From positions 185,787 through 249,786 of the forward strand of contig JAQTMY010000001.1 in assembly GCA_028714095.1 (NCBI GenBank): 64,000 bases of DNA, read 5' to 3'. The notes beneath the pieces were generated by a model. The model searched no databases and was not told where the DNA came from. It saw only the letters and a list, made by a program, of their open reading frames with translations. Below are positions 10,037-20,372 of this stretch, piece by piece; positions within the stretch are counted from its first letter, which is position 1; every line of letters begins with the position of its first letter. The position numbers and the translations under genes are program-made. The stretch comes from Candidatus Nanoarchaeia archaeon. GTDB taxonomy: Archaea; Nanobdellota; Nanobdellia; SCGC-AAA011-G17; JACPNG01.

Positions 10037-10639
10037 CTAAATATCTAAAATCTTCCCTACTCTCCCAACATTAATAACTTTAGTATCTCCAATTTTTTCT
10101 TCAAGTCCTTCTGCTTCATGAACATGACTGCATAACAAAATGTTTGGTTTGAATTTTTTGATAGCTTTTGTTACAGCCTCACTTCCAAAAACAAAATCAG
10201 AAAGTTTTTCCATCTTGCTTCCTTTTGGATGAGTATGTGTTACCATTATCTTGGTCTTGACATCTTTAAGATGATCAAATCCCTGTTTTAATAATTTAAA
10301 GGTTTCATCATTGCTTATTTGATGGACTCCAATATTAGTTGCACTTGCCCCAAAAAAACCAACATCCTTATACTTTACACTGTATCCATGCAAATTCTTT
10401 ACCCCATACAATTCAGCCATAAAATCTGCAGTAGCAACACTTTCATGATTCCCAGGAATTAGAATAATTCTTTGTTTTCTTTTGACAAAAGGCCCTAAAA
10501 TTCCCTCTGTAGATAACTCTGCCTGTGTCAAATCTCCGCATAAAACAACTAATTCAACTTTTTCTTTCTCAGCCATCTTAGCTAATTTCTCAGCCAGTTT
10601 GGAATCTCCATGAATATCCCCCGCAGCAAGTATTTTCAT
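10037..10639 (-). CDS. Calcineurin-like metallophosphoesterase
   Basis: GDIHGD, GDL, GNHE and HTHP motifs. Confidence 0.75.
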   Translation of the reverse strand: MKILAAGDIHGDSKLAEKLAKMAEKEKVELVVLCGDLTQAELSTEGILGPFVKRKQRIILIPGNHESVATADFMAELYGVKNLHGYSVKYKDVGFFGASATNIGVHQISNDETFKLLKQGFDHLKDVKTKIMVTHTHPKGSKMEKLSDFVFGSEAVTKAIKKFKPNILLCSHVHEAEGLEEKIGDTKVINVGRVGKILDI

Positions 10640-10691
10640 GCAAATAAGAAGTGTAACAAACCTTTTAAAGATTTTGTACCTAGATTAGAAG

Positions 10692-11513
10692 ATGCAAAAA
10701 ATAATAAAGCTCGCAAAAGAACTTGGTTTTTGTTCTGGGGTAAGAAGAGCGATAGACATAGTTGAAAAACAAAACAAGAAGTTAAATGTTTTAGGTGATC
10801 TAGTCCATAATAAAATAGTTATTGAAAATCTGAAAAAAAAAGAGATTAGTTTTATCAGTTCAATTGAAGAAGCAAACTCCAATGTAATAGTAATAACCGC
10901 TCACGGTCTTGCTGAATCAGTAAAAAAAGAAATAAAAAATAAAGGTTATGAGATTATAGATACAACCTGCCCCTTTGTTGAAAAAATACACAAACAGACA
11001 AAAGAAAAAGAAAAAAATGGTTATTTTATAGTTTTGATAGGCGAAAAGAATCATATTGAAGTTAAAGGCGTTGTTAAGGACTTAAAGAATAAAATTGTGA
11101 TTGATGATGAATCAGAGATTAAGAATATCCCAGATAAAAAAACCGCTGTATTTTGCCAGACAACCCAGGATACTGAAAAAGCAGAATTTCTTTTGAAAAG
11201 AATAAAAGAAAAAATAAAGAATGTTGAGTTTTATGATACAATCTGCAAGGCAACAAGAGACAGGCAGGAATCAGCAAAACAGCTTGCAAAGGAAGTTGAC
11301 CTAATGATAGTCATTGGGGGAAAAAACAGCAATAATACTCTAAAATTAAAAGACGTTTGTTCAAGTATTATTGAAACAAAACACATAGAATCCATAGGAG
11401 AAATAGACAAATCCTGGTTTGACAATAAAAAAACGATTGGGGTAACAGCAGGAGCATCAACTCCCCCCTATCTAATCGATGAAATAGTAACCAAAATAAA
11501 AAGTTTAAAATGA
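10692..11513 (+). CDS. ispH: 4-hydroxy-3-methylbut-2-enyl diphosphate reductase (IspH/LytB)
   Basis: GFCSGVRRAI, AHG, TCPFV-K-H, QTT, ICKAT-DRQ, VIGGKNSNN and GVTAGASTP blocks all align with LytB. Confidence 0.85.
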   Translation: MQKIIKLAKELGFCSGVRRAIDIVEKQNKKLNVLGDLVHNKIVIENLKKKEISFISSIEEANSNVIVITAHGLAESVKKEIKNKGYEIIDTTCPFVEKIHKQTKEKEKNGYFIVLIGEKNHIEVKGVVKDLKNKIVIDDESEIKNIPDKKTAVFCQTTQDTEKAEFLLKRIKEKIKNVEFYDTICKATRDRQESAKQLAKEVDLMIVIGGKNSNNTLKLKDVCSSIIETKHIESIGEIDKSWFDNKKTIGVTAGASTPPYLIDEIVTKIKSLK

Positions 11514-12526
11514 AAGATATAGAAATTTATAAAGAAAAAGTAAACAAAGAATTAATTTCTTTTCTTAATAAAAAACTCGAGGAAAATAAAAAGATTCATC
11601 CTTCAGTAAAGGAAATAATAGAAAACATTACAGAATACACTATGAGAAAAGGCAAAAGGATAAGGCCTTTGACAGCAATTTTTGCCTATAAATGTTTCAA
11701 GGATGATGATAAAATAATACTTCCTTCACTCTCCTTGGAATTAATCCAGTCCTATTTGTTGATTCATGATGATATTATGGATAAATCAGATTTGAGAAGG
11801 GGCCTGCCAACAATCCATAAGATATATGAAAAAAAAGACAAAAGTCTTGGAAACCCTGCAGCAATACTTGCAGGAGATATTTGTTCAAGTTATATTTATT
11901 ATCCAGTTCTAAATTCAGGATTCAATCCAGAAGAAAAAATTAAGGCAATAAATTATATTTCCTGGATACTTGAAAGAGAATGTCTTGGCCAAAGCCTAGA
12001 CGTTATTCCTAACTTTAAGGAATTAAAGGAAAGAGATATCTGGAATATTTATGAATTAAAAACAGCAACGTACACGATGCAGGGGCCTATCTACTTAGGG
12101 GCAGTATTGGCAAATGCTCCTGAAGAAAAGATAAAAAAACTGCAGGCCTATGCTTATAATATCGGAGTTGCCTTCCAGTTGCAGGATGATATCAACGGAA
12201 TTTTTAATGATGTTAAAGAAACAGGTAAAACTAATTCAGATGCAAAAGAAGGTAAAAAAACTTTGTTAATTATAAAGACTCTTGAACTCTGCAATAAAAA
12301 AGAAAAAGAGTTTATACTTGAAAAATGGGGAACAGAAAATATCTCTCAGAAAGAATTAGAAAAAATAAAGGAAATAATAAAAAGTTCAGGCGCTTTATCA
12401 TATTGCAATGAAAAAGTAATTAGTTTAATAGAAAAAGGAAAATCCTCAATAAAAAACCTAGAGTTAAGACAGGAAGGTAAAACCTTTTTATTAGAACTGG
12501 CAGATTATATCAAGAACCTGTATTAA
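11510..12526 (+). CDS. Short-chain trans-polyprenyl diphosphate synthase (GGPP synthase-like)
   Basis: First Asp-rich motif LLIHDDIMDKSDLRRG; second motif FQLQDDINGIF (atypical DDxxG). There is a 4-bp ATGA overlap with the ispH stop. Confidence 0.8.
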   Translation: MKDIEIYKEKVNKELISFLNKKLEENKKIHPSVKEIIENITEYTMRKGKRIRPLTAIFAYKCFKDDDKIILPSLSLELIQSYLLIHDDIMDKSDLRRGLPTIHKIYEKKDKSLGNPAAILAGDICSSYIYYPVLNSGFNPEEKIKAINYISWILERECLGQSLDVIPNFKELKERDIWNIYELKTATYTMQGPIYLGAVLANAPEEKIKKLQAYAYNIGVAFQLQDDINGIFNDVKETGKTNSDAKEGKKTLLIIKTLELCNKKEKEFILEKWGTENISQKELEKIKEIIKSSGALSYCNEKVISLIEKGKSSIKNLELRQEGKTFLLELADYIKNLY

Positions 12527-13239
12527 TTTTTGCCAAATCTTCTATCTCTTTTGCAGTAATCCTCAATCGCTTTAACTAAATCCTCTTTTTCAAACTCAGG
12601 CCATAATTTATCTGTAAAGTAAAATTCTGCATAGCTTCCCTGCCATAACAAGAATCCAGATATTCTTTTCTCTCCAGAGGTTCTTATTACCAAATCAGGA
12701 TCTGAATTAAGATAAAGATTTTCTCCGAATAACTTTTCGTTTATCTCCTCTAATTTTAACTTTCCATTTTTAACCTGTTCAGCAATCCTTTTAGTAGCAT
12801 CAACAATCTCGGCTCTCCCACCATAAGCCATTGCAAAGTTTACAAAATATTTATCATTATTCTTTGTCAGTTCCATCAATTTTTTCATTTTAGTATAAAC
12901 TTCTTTTGGGAACATCTCAATCCTTCCAATAAACCTGATCCTTATCTTATTTTTATTTAATTCATCAATTCTTTCTAGTACATTATCAAAAGATTCACTA
13001 AAAATCCTCATAAGCATATCAAATTCCTCTTTTGGCCTTCCAAAATTCTCAATAGAGAATGCATAAAGAGTTAGTTCTTTAATTCCAAGCTCAGAAGCCC
13101 AATTCAAAAGTTTCTCGATTTTCTCAGCCCCATACTCATGTCCTTTCCATGGTTTAAGCATTAATTTCTTTGCAAACCTTCTATTTCCATCTAAAATAAT
13201 GCCAACATGCTTAGGAACATTATTTAAACTTGGATTCAT
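12523..13239 (-). CDS. uppS: Undecaprenyl/di-trans,poly-cis-prenyl diphosphate synthase (cis-IPTase)
   Basis: HVGIILDGNRRFAKK N-terminal motif and a cis-prenyltransferase fold-length protein. Confidence 0.85.
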   Translation of the reverse strand: MNPSLNNVPKHVGIILDGNRRFAKKLMLKPWKGHEYGAEKIEKLLNWASELGIKELTLYAFSIENFGRPKEEFDMLMRIFSESFDNVLERIDELNKNKIRIRFIGRIEMFPKEVYTKMKKLMELTKNNDKYFVNFAMAYGGRAEIVDATKRIAEQVKNGKLKLEEINEKLFGENLYLNSDPDLVIRTSGEKRISGFLLWQGSYAEFYFTDKLWPEFEKEDLVKAIEDYCKRDRRFGKN

Positions 13240-13440
13240 AACAAATACAACAGAATTAACCTTTTAAAAATATTTCGCATAATAACCATAGTTTTCACTC
13301 AACATTAAAATAAAAAAACCATCAAAAACTTTATATATAAGCCCTAGAGTTATGATATTTAGTTTCAAACATAATGTTTAAAAATTAAAAGAGAAGAAGA
13401 CGATAAATATTAGCATAAGAGAGGATGATAGGGGGAAATA

Positions 13441-13713
13441 ATGGCAAGAAAAAAAGATATTTTTGAAGTATTCTTCAGAAAAAAACCAGCTATGATTCTC
13501 GTAGCACTAATGAAAAGCACTAAAAATAGGTATGGAAGTGTTCTAGCCAAAGAAGTAGACTGTACTTATTCTCATGCTGTTAAAATCTTACAGGAGATGC
13601 AGAAGGCAAATCTTGTCAATTTTGAAAAGAAAGGCCGTATAAAGGTTATTAATCTAACTGAAAACGGTACTAAAGTAGCCGAACATATTGAAAAGATAAG
13701 AGGATTCCTATAA
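13441..13713 (+). CDS. Small winged-helix DNA-binding protein (putative transcriptional regulator)
   Basis: 90 aa with an HTH-like core (YSHAVKILQEMQKANLV) followed by a beta-hairpin wing. Confidence 0.4.
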   Translation: MARKKDIFEVFFRKKPAMILVALMKSTKNRYGSVLAKEVDCTYSHAVKILQEMQKANLVNFEKKGRIKVINLTENGTKVAEHIEKIRGFL

Positions 13714-13772
13714 ACTCCTCTTTCCCTCTTTCTTTTTTTCGGGTTTAATTACCCAACATTTATAAAATCCTC

Positions 13773-14075
13773 ATGGTTATTCTATGTATGGCATTCAGCA
13801 AATCATTTCCAAGAACAGGGGAAAAGTATCCAGTTTGGGAAGAAGTAGAACTTACAAAAGAAGAAGAAAAACAACAGGAAGAGCTGGCAAGGAAAGAAAA
13901 CATAAAGATCCTTAAGCAATGCCTAGATGATGCAAAGCAAATCATCCAGGAAAATAATCTTAAAGCCTATCAAAGTGACATAGTAAAATTGGCAATTTCT
14001 CTTTTCGAGAAACAGGCCTCTCACCAGATTTATTGGAAGGAAAACAAAGCAAAAGATAAGTTCAATCATAAATAA
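13773..14075 (+). CDS. Hypothetical protein (Lys/Glu-rich)
   Basis: ORF only; no recognisable motif. Confidence 0.3.
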   Translation: MVILCMAFSKSFPRTGEKYPVWEEVELTKEEEKQQEELARKENIKILKQCLDDAKQIIQENNLKAYQSDIVKLAISLFEKQASHQIYWKENKAKDKFNHK

Positions 14076-14107
14076 ACTTATAAATTAATTAATTATATTT
14101 TTTCCCT

Positions 14108-14497
14108 ATGAATAAACTAAACATAGCTCTGAAAGAGGTTGAAATAATTAACGTAGATAAAATAAGCAAGGCTATGACTCTTTCTATAAGATATAAAGTT
14201 GAAAACAGAGAAAAGTTAATTAATCATAACACAAAACTAAAAGATGCAGAATTAATGTCTGAAGAAATATTCAAAAGAATAAGAGAAACAGAAGATAGAA
14301 ATTCTATTGATCTTAGTGATGATATCCTGTCTAATATAACTTTAATTTCTTTCGACAATCAGGAAGACGTTGAAGCAAAGTTAATTGGATTTCTCTCAAG
14401 GTTCAAAGAGCAGTTAAAAAACTTTGAAAAGACAAAAACAGCAACAAATTATCTTGATAAGTATCATAGTCTGAAGAATCAAAAAGTTAATTTCTAA
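14108..14497 (+). CDS. Hypothetical protein
   Basis: ORF only; there is a 2-bp gap to the downstream NTPase gene. Confidence 0.35.
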   Translation: MNKLNIALKEVEIINVDKISKAMTLSIRYKVENREKLINHNTKLKDAELMSEEIFKRIRETEDRNSIDLSDDILSNITLISFDNQEDVEAKLIGFLSRFKEQLKNFEKTKTATNYLDKYHSLKNQKVNF

Positions 14498-14498
14498 G

Positions 14499-15032
14499 AT
14501 GAAAATTAATGTCGGATCAAAAAACGAAGTAAAAATTCTTGCAGTTAAAGAAAGTATTAGCAATTACAAAATTTTTTCAAATGTCCAGATAGAAGGGATT
14601 AACGCTAATTCTGAAATTTCAGCTCAACCAGTCTCTATGGAAGAAACAATCAAAGGCGCAATGAACAGAGCAAAAAATTCCTTCAAAGATTGCGATTACA
14701 GTTTTGGTATTGAAGATGGATTAATAGAAGTCCCAAATACCAAAAGTAATTATATGAATATCTGTGTCTGCGCAATTTATGATGGTCAAAACTATCATCT
14801 AGGGCTTGGTTCTGCATTTGAGCATCCAAAAAAAGTTACCAACCTAGTTCTTCAAGACAATATTGAAATTACTGAGGCATTTTTAAGAACCGGTCTAATA
14901 GATAACCCAAAGATAGGTTCAGAAGAAGGAACAATTGGATTTTTAACAAAAGGGAGACTCCCCAGAAAAGAATACACAAAACAAGCAATCCAAATGGCAC
15001 TAATCCATATAGAAAACCCCAATCTTTTCTGA
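14499..15032 (+). CDS. Non-canonical purine NTP phosphatase (YjjX/DUF84, ITP/XTPase)
   Basis: ISAQPVSMEETIKGAMNRA (the SxQP...ET..GA.NRA core) and the C-terminal GAIGF/LTKG-like block match the YjjX family. Confidence 0.65.
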   Translation: MKINVGSKNEVKILAVKESISNYKIFSNVQIEGINANSEISAQPVSMEETIKGAMNRAKNSFKDCDYSFGIEDGLIEVPNTKSNYMNICVCAIYDGQNYHLGLGSAFEHPKKVTNLVLQDNIEITEAFLRTGLIDNPKIGSEEGTIGFLTKGRLPRKEYTKQAIQMALIHIENPNLF

Positions 15033-15076
15033 AATAAAAAGTAAAGTATATAAATGATTAAAGTTTAAATGACTCT

Positions 15077-15793
15077 ATGAAAGTTTCTTTAACAGACCAT
15101 CCAAAAAATCCAATCATAATAGAAGGATTTCCTGGCTTCGGCCTTGTAAGCACAATTGCAACAGAATTTCTGGTAAAACATCTTAGCGCAAAACCAATAG
15201 GAAAGATGTGGTCAGAAGACATGTTGCCAATCGCAGCAATCCACGAATCAAAGGTGATGGAGCCAATCGGAATTTTCTATGATAAAAAAAGCAATATTAT
15301 TCTAATTCATGCACTAAGTAATATTAAAAACAAAGAATGGGATGTTGCAGAAGCAATCAAAGAACTTGCAAAAGTCCTTGAAGCAAAGGAAATTATTTCC
15401 TTGGAAGGAATTGGAGCAACAAATCCAAATCTTACAACTTATTTCTATAGCAGCAACAAACAAAGAAAAGACAAGTTTGAATCCATTGGATTAAAACCAT
15501 TGAATGAAGGAATAGTAATGGGCGTAACCGGAGCTCTATTATTAAAAGAAAAAGAATTAACTTCAATATTTGTGGAATCACAAATCGGTTTAGCTGACTC
15601 AAAAGGTGCAGCAAAGATTATAGAGGTTCTTGACAAATATTTAGGATTGAAAGTTGACTACAAACCTTTGTTAAAAGCTGCAGAGGAATTCGAAGCAAAA
15701 TTGAAAACAATGATAACAAAGAACAAGGAGCTTGAGCAGATAGGGAAAGAAGCTCAGGAATCCAAGGATTTAGATATGGATTATGTTGGTTAG
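15077..15793 (+). CDS. PAC2-family proteasome assembly chaperone-like protein
   Basis: N-terminal IIEGFPGFGLVSTIA motif characteristic of the PAC2/PbaB family. Confidence 0.6.
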   Translation: MKVSLTDHPKNPIIIEGFPGFGLVSTIATEFLVKHLSAKPIGKMWSEDMLPIAAIHESKVMEPIGIFYDKKSNIILIHALSNIKNKEWDVAEAIKELAKVLEAKEIISLEGIGATNPNLTTYFYSSNKQRKDKFESIGLKPLNEGIVMGVTGALLLKEKELTSIFVESQIGLADSKGAAKIIEVLDKYLGLKVDYKPLLKAAEEFEAKLKTMITKNKELEQIGKEAQESKDLDMDYVG

Positions 15794-15795
15794 TT

Positions 15796-18009
15796 TTATC
15801 CTGCAACAATATTAATTCCTCCAGCCAGTATTGTAAAGACAATTATCCCAACTAATGAGATTATAACATAAAGTCCAACACCTATCAGCATATTTCTGCT
15901 CATGCTGTGTTGTTCACTTAACTTGTCAACCCCTTTCTCGATAGAATTGCTTAATATTGTTAAAACATAAACCATCTCAACAACAAATAATCCAACAACA
16001 AGCTGGAAATAGAAACTTGGAATAACGTTTGTTATGTTAAGTATGTCTGCCATCCCAGCTAACCCGCTAACTTCCTGATCAGCAACTTGGGTTCCAGCAG
16101 CCAAAGTCCCGCTTAGTTTATTTATTATTGTTGTAACCATTGTTGCAACCCCAACCACAATTCCTGCAATAACTGGAGTTAAAAAAGTAATTTGGCTTTT
16201 CATGCTTGATATAATATCAGACAATAAATCTTTTAGTCTGTTATTTACTTTTTCAATTCTGTCAACGTATTGGCTTATGCTTATTAAACTCTTGGCAACA
16301 ATTTTTGGACCTTTTCTTGCTCCTTCAATTAAGACCATCATGCTGCTTTGAATCAATCCAGAAGGATATCTTAACATAGCGCCATATTGTTTATGGAAAA
16401 TTGCATCTTTGATTCCCATTCCAAGTTTTCTTATGTTTAGTGCAACTAATTTGAAAAAATCTCCGGTCCTTGTTCCAGCAAGATTATTTGCAACTTTTTC
16501 AAAAGCTAACTCTGCTGGCAATCCATCCTCGATTGAATTTCCAAGCTGGAATAAACTCCCTGAAAATTCCTGTTCAAGAGTCTCAGTCTCTTTTTTTATT
16601 TTCATTAATTTCTTTGTTATTGTCTTGTAATAGAACCATAGCCCGATTGCAATTCCTAGGGGAATTAGCAAACTTAACAACAAAGCAACTAAACCATAAG
16701 GCCCTTTGCATGTTGTGGCTGAACCATAGGTACTGCATTTATAATCTAAAATTCCAACAACAAATGCACCCTTGCCTATCACTTTGCTATCCAAATCTGG
16801 ACTTGTGTAATGCAATATTATTGGCAAAAACCCAATCAAAACAAAAATCCCGATTATAAAAAACGTGATTGTTTTAGGATCAACATAAATCGGTTTATCT
16901 ACACTCCCAAGATTTAATTTCTGATAAATTCTAAGATTTGGATTCTGTTTTAAAATATCTGTATTTGTTTGTCCTGTCGGTCTTCTAGACATTAGATTAA
17001 TTCCTACAAAGAATACGATAACAGGCAGTAAAATATTATAAAATATCATTAGGTGATACCATTTCAATGCTCCCTGCAAGAATGCAGCAACTAAAGGTAA
17101 TACAACTAAACCCAGTATTGGAAGAATAATCCCCAGCATGTGCAGCATTGTAATTGGAGATTTAAGGTTCTGGGCAAAGCTCAGCATCCTGTTATAGCTT
17201 CCCTCAAGTATAACTTCCAGGGATTTGTCCAGTAACTCAAGTCTTCTCTCCTCGCTGGATTCATATAAACTTGATTCAATTAAATGAAAGCTCTGGACAA
17301 ATTCAAGATTATGTTCTTTCCAGCTTTCAAGATAAGAATCCAGACTTTCCTTAATGTTAGAATAATTCCCGGATTCAACGTCCCAGAATATTTTTCTTAA
17401 GTCAAGAGATAAAGGATATCCTACATGCTGTCCTGCAAACTTGATTGCATGTTCTAGATTAGAAGTATGTCTCATATACATAACAACATACAAAATACAT
17501 AAAACCATTTGATTGCCTGCTTCAATTCTCCATTTATTGGCTAAATAATGGGGAAAACCTGCAGCAGGTTTAATTAAAAAAGCTCCAATAATCATCAAAA
17601 CAAACGGGAAAAAAATTTTTAGTTTTGCAGTGTCTGCTCCGCCAGAAACTATTATATCAAAAATAAATGGAAATATTGCAATAACTAAAGCAAGAAATAT
17701 TATAAATAATCCTGCAAAAACCCCAAAACTATATGCCTCAGACGGAGTTATTGTTAAATGTGCAGCATTGATGCTCTCCTGTAATTTTTTTCTTTCCTCT
17801 TCTTTTGGATCTACTTTTATTATTCTTCCAATTTTTTTGCAGGTCTTTTCATAAAATGTTTCAGTTTTTCCTAAGGTTTCTTCCTTAAATATTTCATATT
17901 CTTTTGAAAAAGCCTGGTTATCAGGAAGATCATTTAATTCAAACTCTATGCTCCCCTTCAATCTCTTGTCATATTTCTCTAAAATTTCCTTAATCTTATC
18001 CTGATCCAT
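15796..18009 (-). CDS. Type IV pilus/archaellum-type membrane platform protein (TadC/FlaJ-like, T2SS-F domains). The start is probably the ATG at 18009, giving a TAATG overlap with the ATPase stop; the ORF track extends to 18057.
   Basis: Polytopic membrane protein about 740 aa long; its position is immediately downstream of, and overlapping, the VirB11/FlaI-type ATPase. Confidence 0.65.
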   Translation of the reverse strand: MDQDKIKEILEKYDKRLKGSIEFELNDLPDNQAFSKEYEIFKEETLGKTETFYEKTCKKIGRIIKVDPKEEERKKLQESINAAHLTITPSEAYSFGVFAGLFIIFLALVIAIFPFIFDIIVSGGADTAKLKIFFPFVLMIIGAFLIKPAAGFPHYLANKWRIEAGNQMVLCILYVVMYMRHTSNLEHAIKFAGQHVGYPLSLDLRKIFWDVESGNYSNIKESLDSYLESWKEHNLEFVQSFHLIESSLYESSEERRLELLDKSLEVILEGSYNRMLSFAQNLKSPITMLHMLGIILPILGLVVLPLVAAFLQGALKWYHLMIFYNILLPVIVFFVGINLMSRRPTGQTNTDILKQNPNLRIYQKLNLGSVDKPIYVDPKTITFFIIGIFVLIGFLPIILHYTSPDLDSKVIGKGAFVVGILDYKCSTYGSATTCKGPYGLVALLLSLLIPLGIAIGLWFYYKTITKKLMKIKKETETLEQEFSGSLFQLGNSIEDGLPAELAFEKVANNLAGTRTGDFFKLVALNIRKLGMGIKDAIFHKQYGAMLRYPSGLIQSSMMVLIEGARKGPKIVAKSLISISQYVDRIEKVNNRLKDLLSDIISSMKSQITFLTPVIAGIVVGVATMVTTIINKLSGTLAAGTQVADQEVSGLAGMADILNITNVIPSFYFQLVVGLFVVEMVYVLTILSNSIEKGVDKLSEQHSMSRNMLIGVGLYVIISLVGIIVFTILAGGINIVAG

Positions 18010-20294
18010 TATAATTCTTTCCTCTCTTTGACCTTTCTCTTCAGCCATTCTTCCCATTCAAAGAATATTCTTCTGCTGTCTAATTTTCCCGCCTCATCCA
18101 ATACCTTGTCCGAAATTCTGTGGAACATATCATTTGAATTTATTGTAAATTTAGCCTCAAGTAAATCATGATCCTTTGTTTCTTTTGCATACCTGACTAA
18201 TGTTTCCTTCATTTTCGCTCTTAACAATATATTATCCCATACCAAATCCCAGTTACCAACCCACTCTCTTACGTTTCCTGCTATACCTTTAATAATTTCA
18301 GAATCTCCGTTTAATAAATCAGCAGTAGGTTCTAAACTATCTGTACCTGGATTATATTTCATTAATTCAACAAAACCTTTTTCAGTGATTGGATCTCTTT
18401 CCCAGTGTTTCCTGACCTCTGTGATGCTTATCACCCTTCTCCATTTATGCAATCCATCAGGACTCTTGACAGGATTTGAAATAATAATGATGTCAGTAGC
18501 CTTGAAACTTGTAGCAGGAACTTTTAAGTCATTTACAACTCTGTCAAATACACCATAAGCACTGTCTCCATGTATTGTTCCGGCGACAACATTTGCCAAA
18601 GCACCAATTCTCATGGCCTCATACAATGCAAAAGCCTCGCTTGATCTTATTTCTCCAACTATTAAACTGGAGTCTCCCATTCTTAGCGTAGTCCTTATTC
18701 CTTCATCAGCAGCTATTTCAGATCCGCCTTTAGTCAAGGCACTTCTTACTTTCATTGGCTGTATGTTATATCCTAATTTTCTTAATGATTCGGTTGGTAA
18801 TTCTAAAGTATCCTCAACAGTAATAATCCTGTATTTTCTCATAACCTCGACAAGAGCAGACCCAAGCAAGGAAGTCTTACCCGAACTTCTTGTTCCTGCA
18901 AATAATAATGTTCTCGCTCCATCAATAAGGAAAGAGATTAATCCTGCTGCCAGGGGGTTTAACATTCTGTTTTCAATAAATAAAGCCAAGGTCCATGGTT
19001 TATCTCTGTGTCTTCTGAAGGCATAAGCTAATCCAAACGGATTTAATGGTTTTTGCACAATTGCTACTCTTGATCTTGAATCCGGGAGTATTAATTCTGT
19101 ATCCAAAATAGGATTTGCCTCGTCCAATGGCCTGCCGCTTAAGATTCTGAACTTGGATGCCCAGCCCTCAGCATCCTCCCGGCTTGGAATAATATTTGTA
19201 ACGCATTCATCAAAATCCTGATGCACTAAAAATACAGGATTTTCCCCAATCGGGCTGTTTATTGTAACATCCTGCACTTTCTCGTCGCTGAGCAAGATTT
19301 CTATTAGGCCAAATCCAACTGTATATCTTACTAAAATATTTGCCAAATCAATTAATTCATTATAACTTACCTCAATTCCTTTTGTTTGGGATAACTCCTG
19401 TAATAAATCCCTTCCAATATTAAAAAAAGTGATTCTCATTTTTTCAGGATCTAAGAATTCTTCTTCCCTTGGTTTGTGTTCAGCCAAGACCATCCTCGCT
19501 AGATCAAGTAGTTCATACTTATCTTCTGTTAATTTAAATTCAGGAGGGGTTAAATGATACAAATATTTAATGTCTTTTTCAATTCTATAGATATTAACTT
19601 CTGCGCCATTGACTGTATAAACATCAAGCTGTTCAGAATCCAGAGGAATCCTTGCCATTAACTGGGTAAAAATAAAATCAGGGGATATTGCAGGTCTGAA
19701 GATTAGGGAATATAACATCCTATCCCCGATATGATACCCAGCCAAATTATTTTTAACAAGGTTAATCAACTTTGTATTTTCTATCATGTTTTTCATTTCT
19801 TCTAATAATTCAATAAATTTTTTCTGGCCCTCAATTGCATTAAGAGGAATCCTGCTTGTTCTTACATTTTCCTCCCTTATTGCCCTGATTAATTCAACAT
19901 AAGCTCCAATAGGATCGCTCTTGATAAGATTAAGAATAATATATTGTACTCTTTGTCTCCATCCCTCAATAAAGGGATTTACTCCCGGATAAACTAAAAC
20001 ATTAGTCAAACTAATTATATTTTTCTGCCTGACCCATCTCTTGTATAAATTAGAGATTTCTATCAACATTTGTGTTTGATCAAAATCATAACTATAGATT
20101 CTCCTTTGAACAAAAATAATCCTTGAAACATTGGGAACTTCCACCAAAAAGTCAATCGTTCTTGACATAGTCAGGGCATTACCCTCGATAGAAGGGGAAA
20201 ATGCCCAGTTCTCAGCGTTTACTCTAAGCGCTTGCTCCTGGCCTTCTTTTACAACTTCATAGCCTCTTTCTTTGGCAGAAACCATAATCACCAC
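18009..20294 (-). CDS. Type II/IV secretion-family ATPase (FlaI/TadA/VirB11-like), with long N- and C-terminal extensions
   Basis: Walker A AGTRSSGKTSLL; TVEDTLEL (the Asp box region); and a His-box region (GTIHGDSA). Confidence 0.8.
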   Translation of the reverse strand: MVIMVSAKERGYEVVKEGQEQALRVNAENWAFSPSIEGNALTMSRTIDFLVEVPNVSRIIFVQRRIYSYDFDQTQMLIEISNLYKRWVRQKNIISLTNVLVYPGVNPFIEGWRQRVQYIILNLIKSDPIGAYVELIRAIREENVRTSRIPLNAIEGQKKFIELLEEMKNMIENTKLINLVKNNLAGYHIGDRMLYSLIFRPAISPDFIFTQLMARIPLDSEQLDVYTVNGAEVNIYRIEKDIKYLYHLTPPEFKLTEDKYELLDLARMVLAEHKPREEEFLDPEKMRITFFNIGRDLLQELSQTKGIEVSYNELIDLANILVRYTVGFGLIEILLSDEKVQDVTINSPIGENPVFLVHQDFDECVTNIIPSREDAEGWASKFRILSGRPLDEANPILDTELILPDSRSRVAIVQKPLNPFGLAYAFRRHRDKPWTLALFIENRMLNPLAAGLISFLIDGARTLLFAGTRSSGKTSLLGSALVEVMRKYRIITVEDTLELPTESLRKLGYNIQPMKVRSALTKGGSEIAADEGIRTTLRMGDSSLIVGEIRSSEAFALYEAMRIGALANVVAGTIHGDSAYGVFDRVVNDLKVPATSFKATDIIIISNPVKSPDGLHKWRRVISITEVRKHWERDPITEKGFVELMKYNPGTDSLEPTADLLNGDSEIIKGIAGNVREWVGNWDLVWDNILLRAKMKETLVRYAKETKDHDLLEAKFTINSNDMFHRISDKVLDEAGKLDSRRIFFEWEEWLKRKVKERKEL

Positions 20295-20372
20295 TTTTTA
20301 AGGTTAACATAACATTTAATAAACTTTTAAAAATAAGTAATGTATACTTACATTAAATAGTTTTCGATTAAG

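Noticed and set aside
10692-11513. ispH as bacterial contamination or a chimeric assembly.
   Set aside because: Its stop overlaps the start of the adjacent polyprenyl synthase. It shares the local AT-rich composition and codon style. It is flanked on both sides by typical archaeal genes in a continuous sequence.
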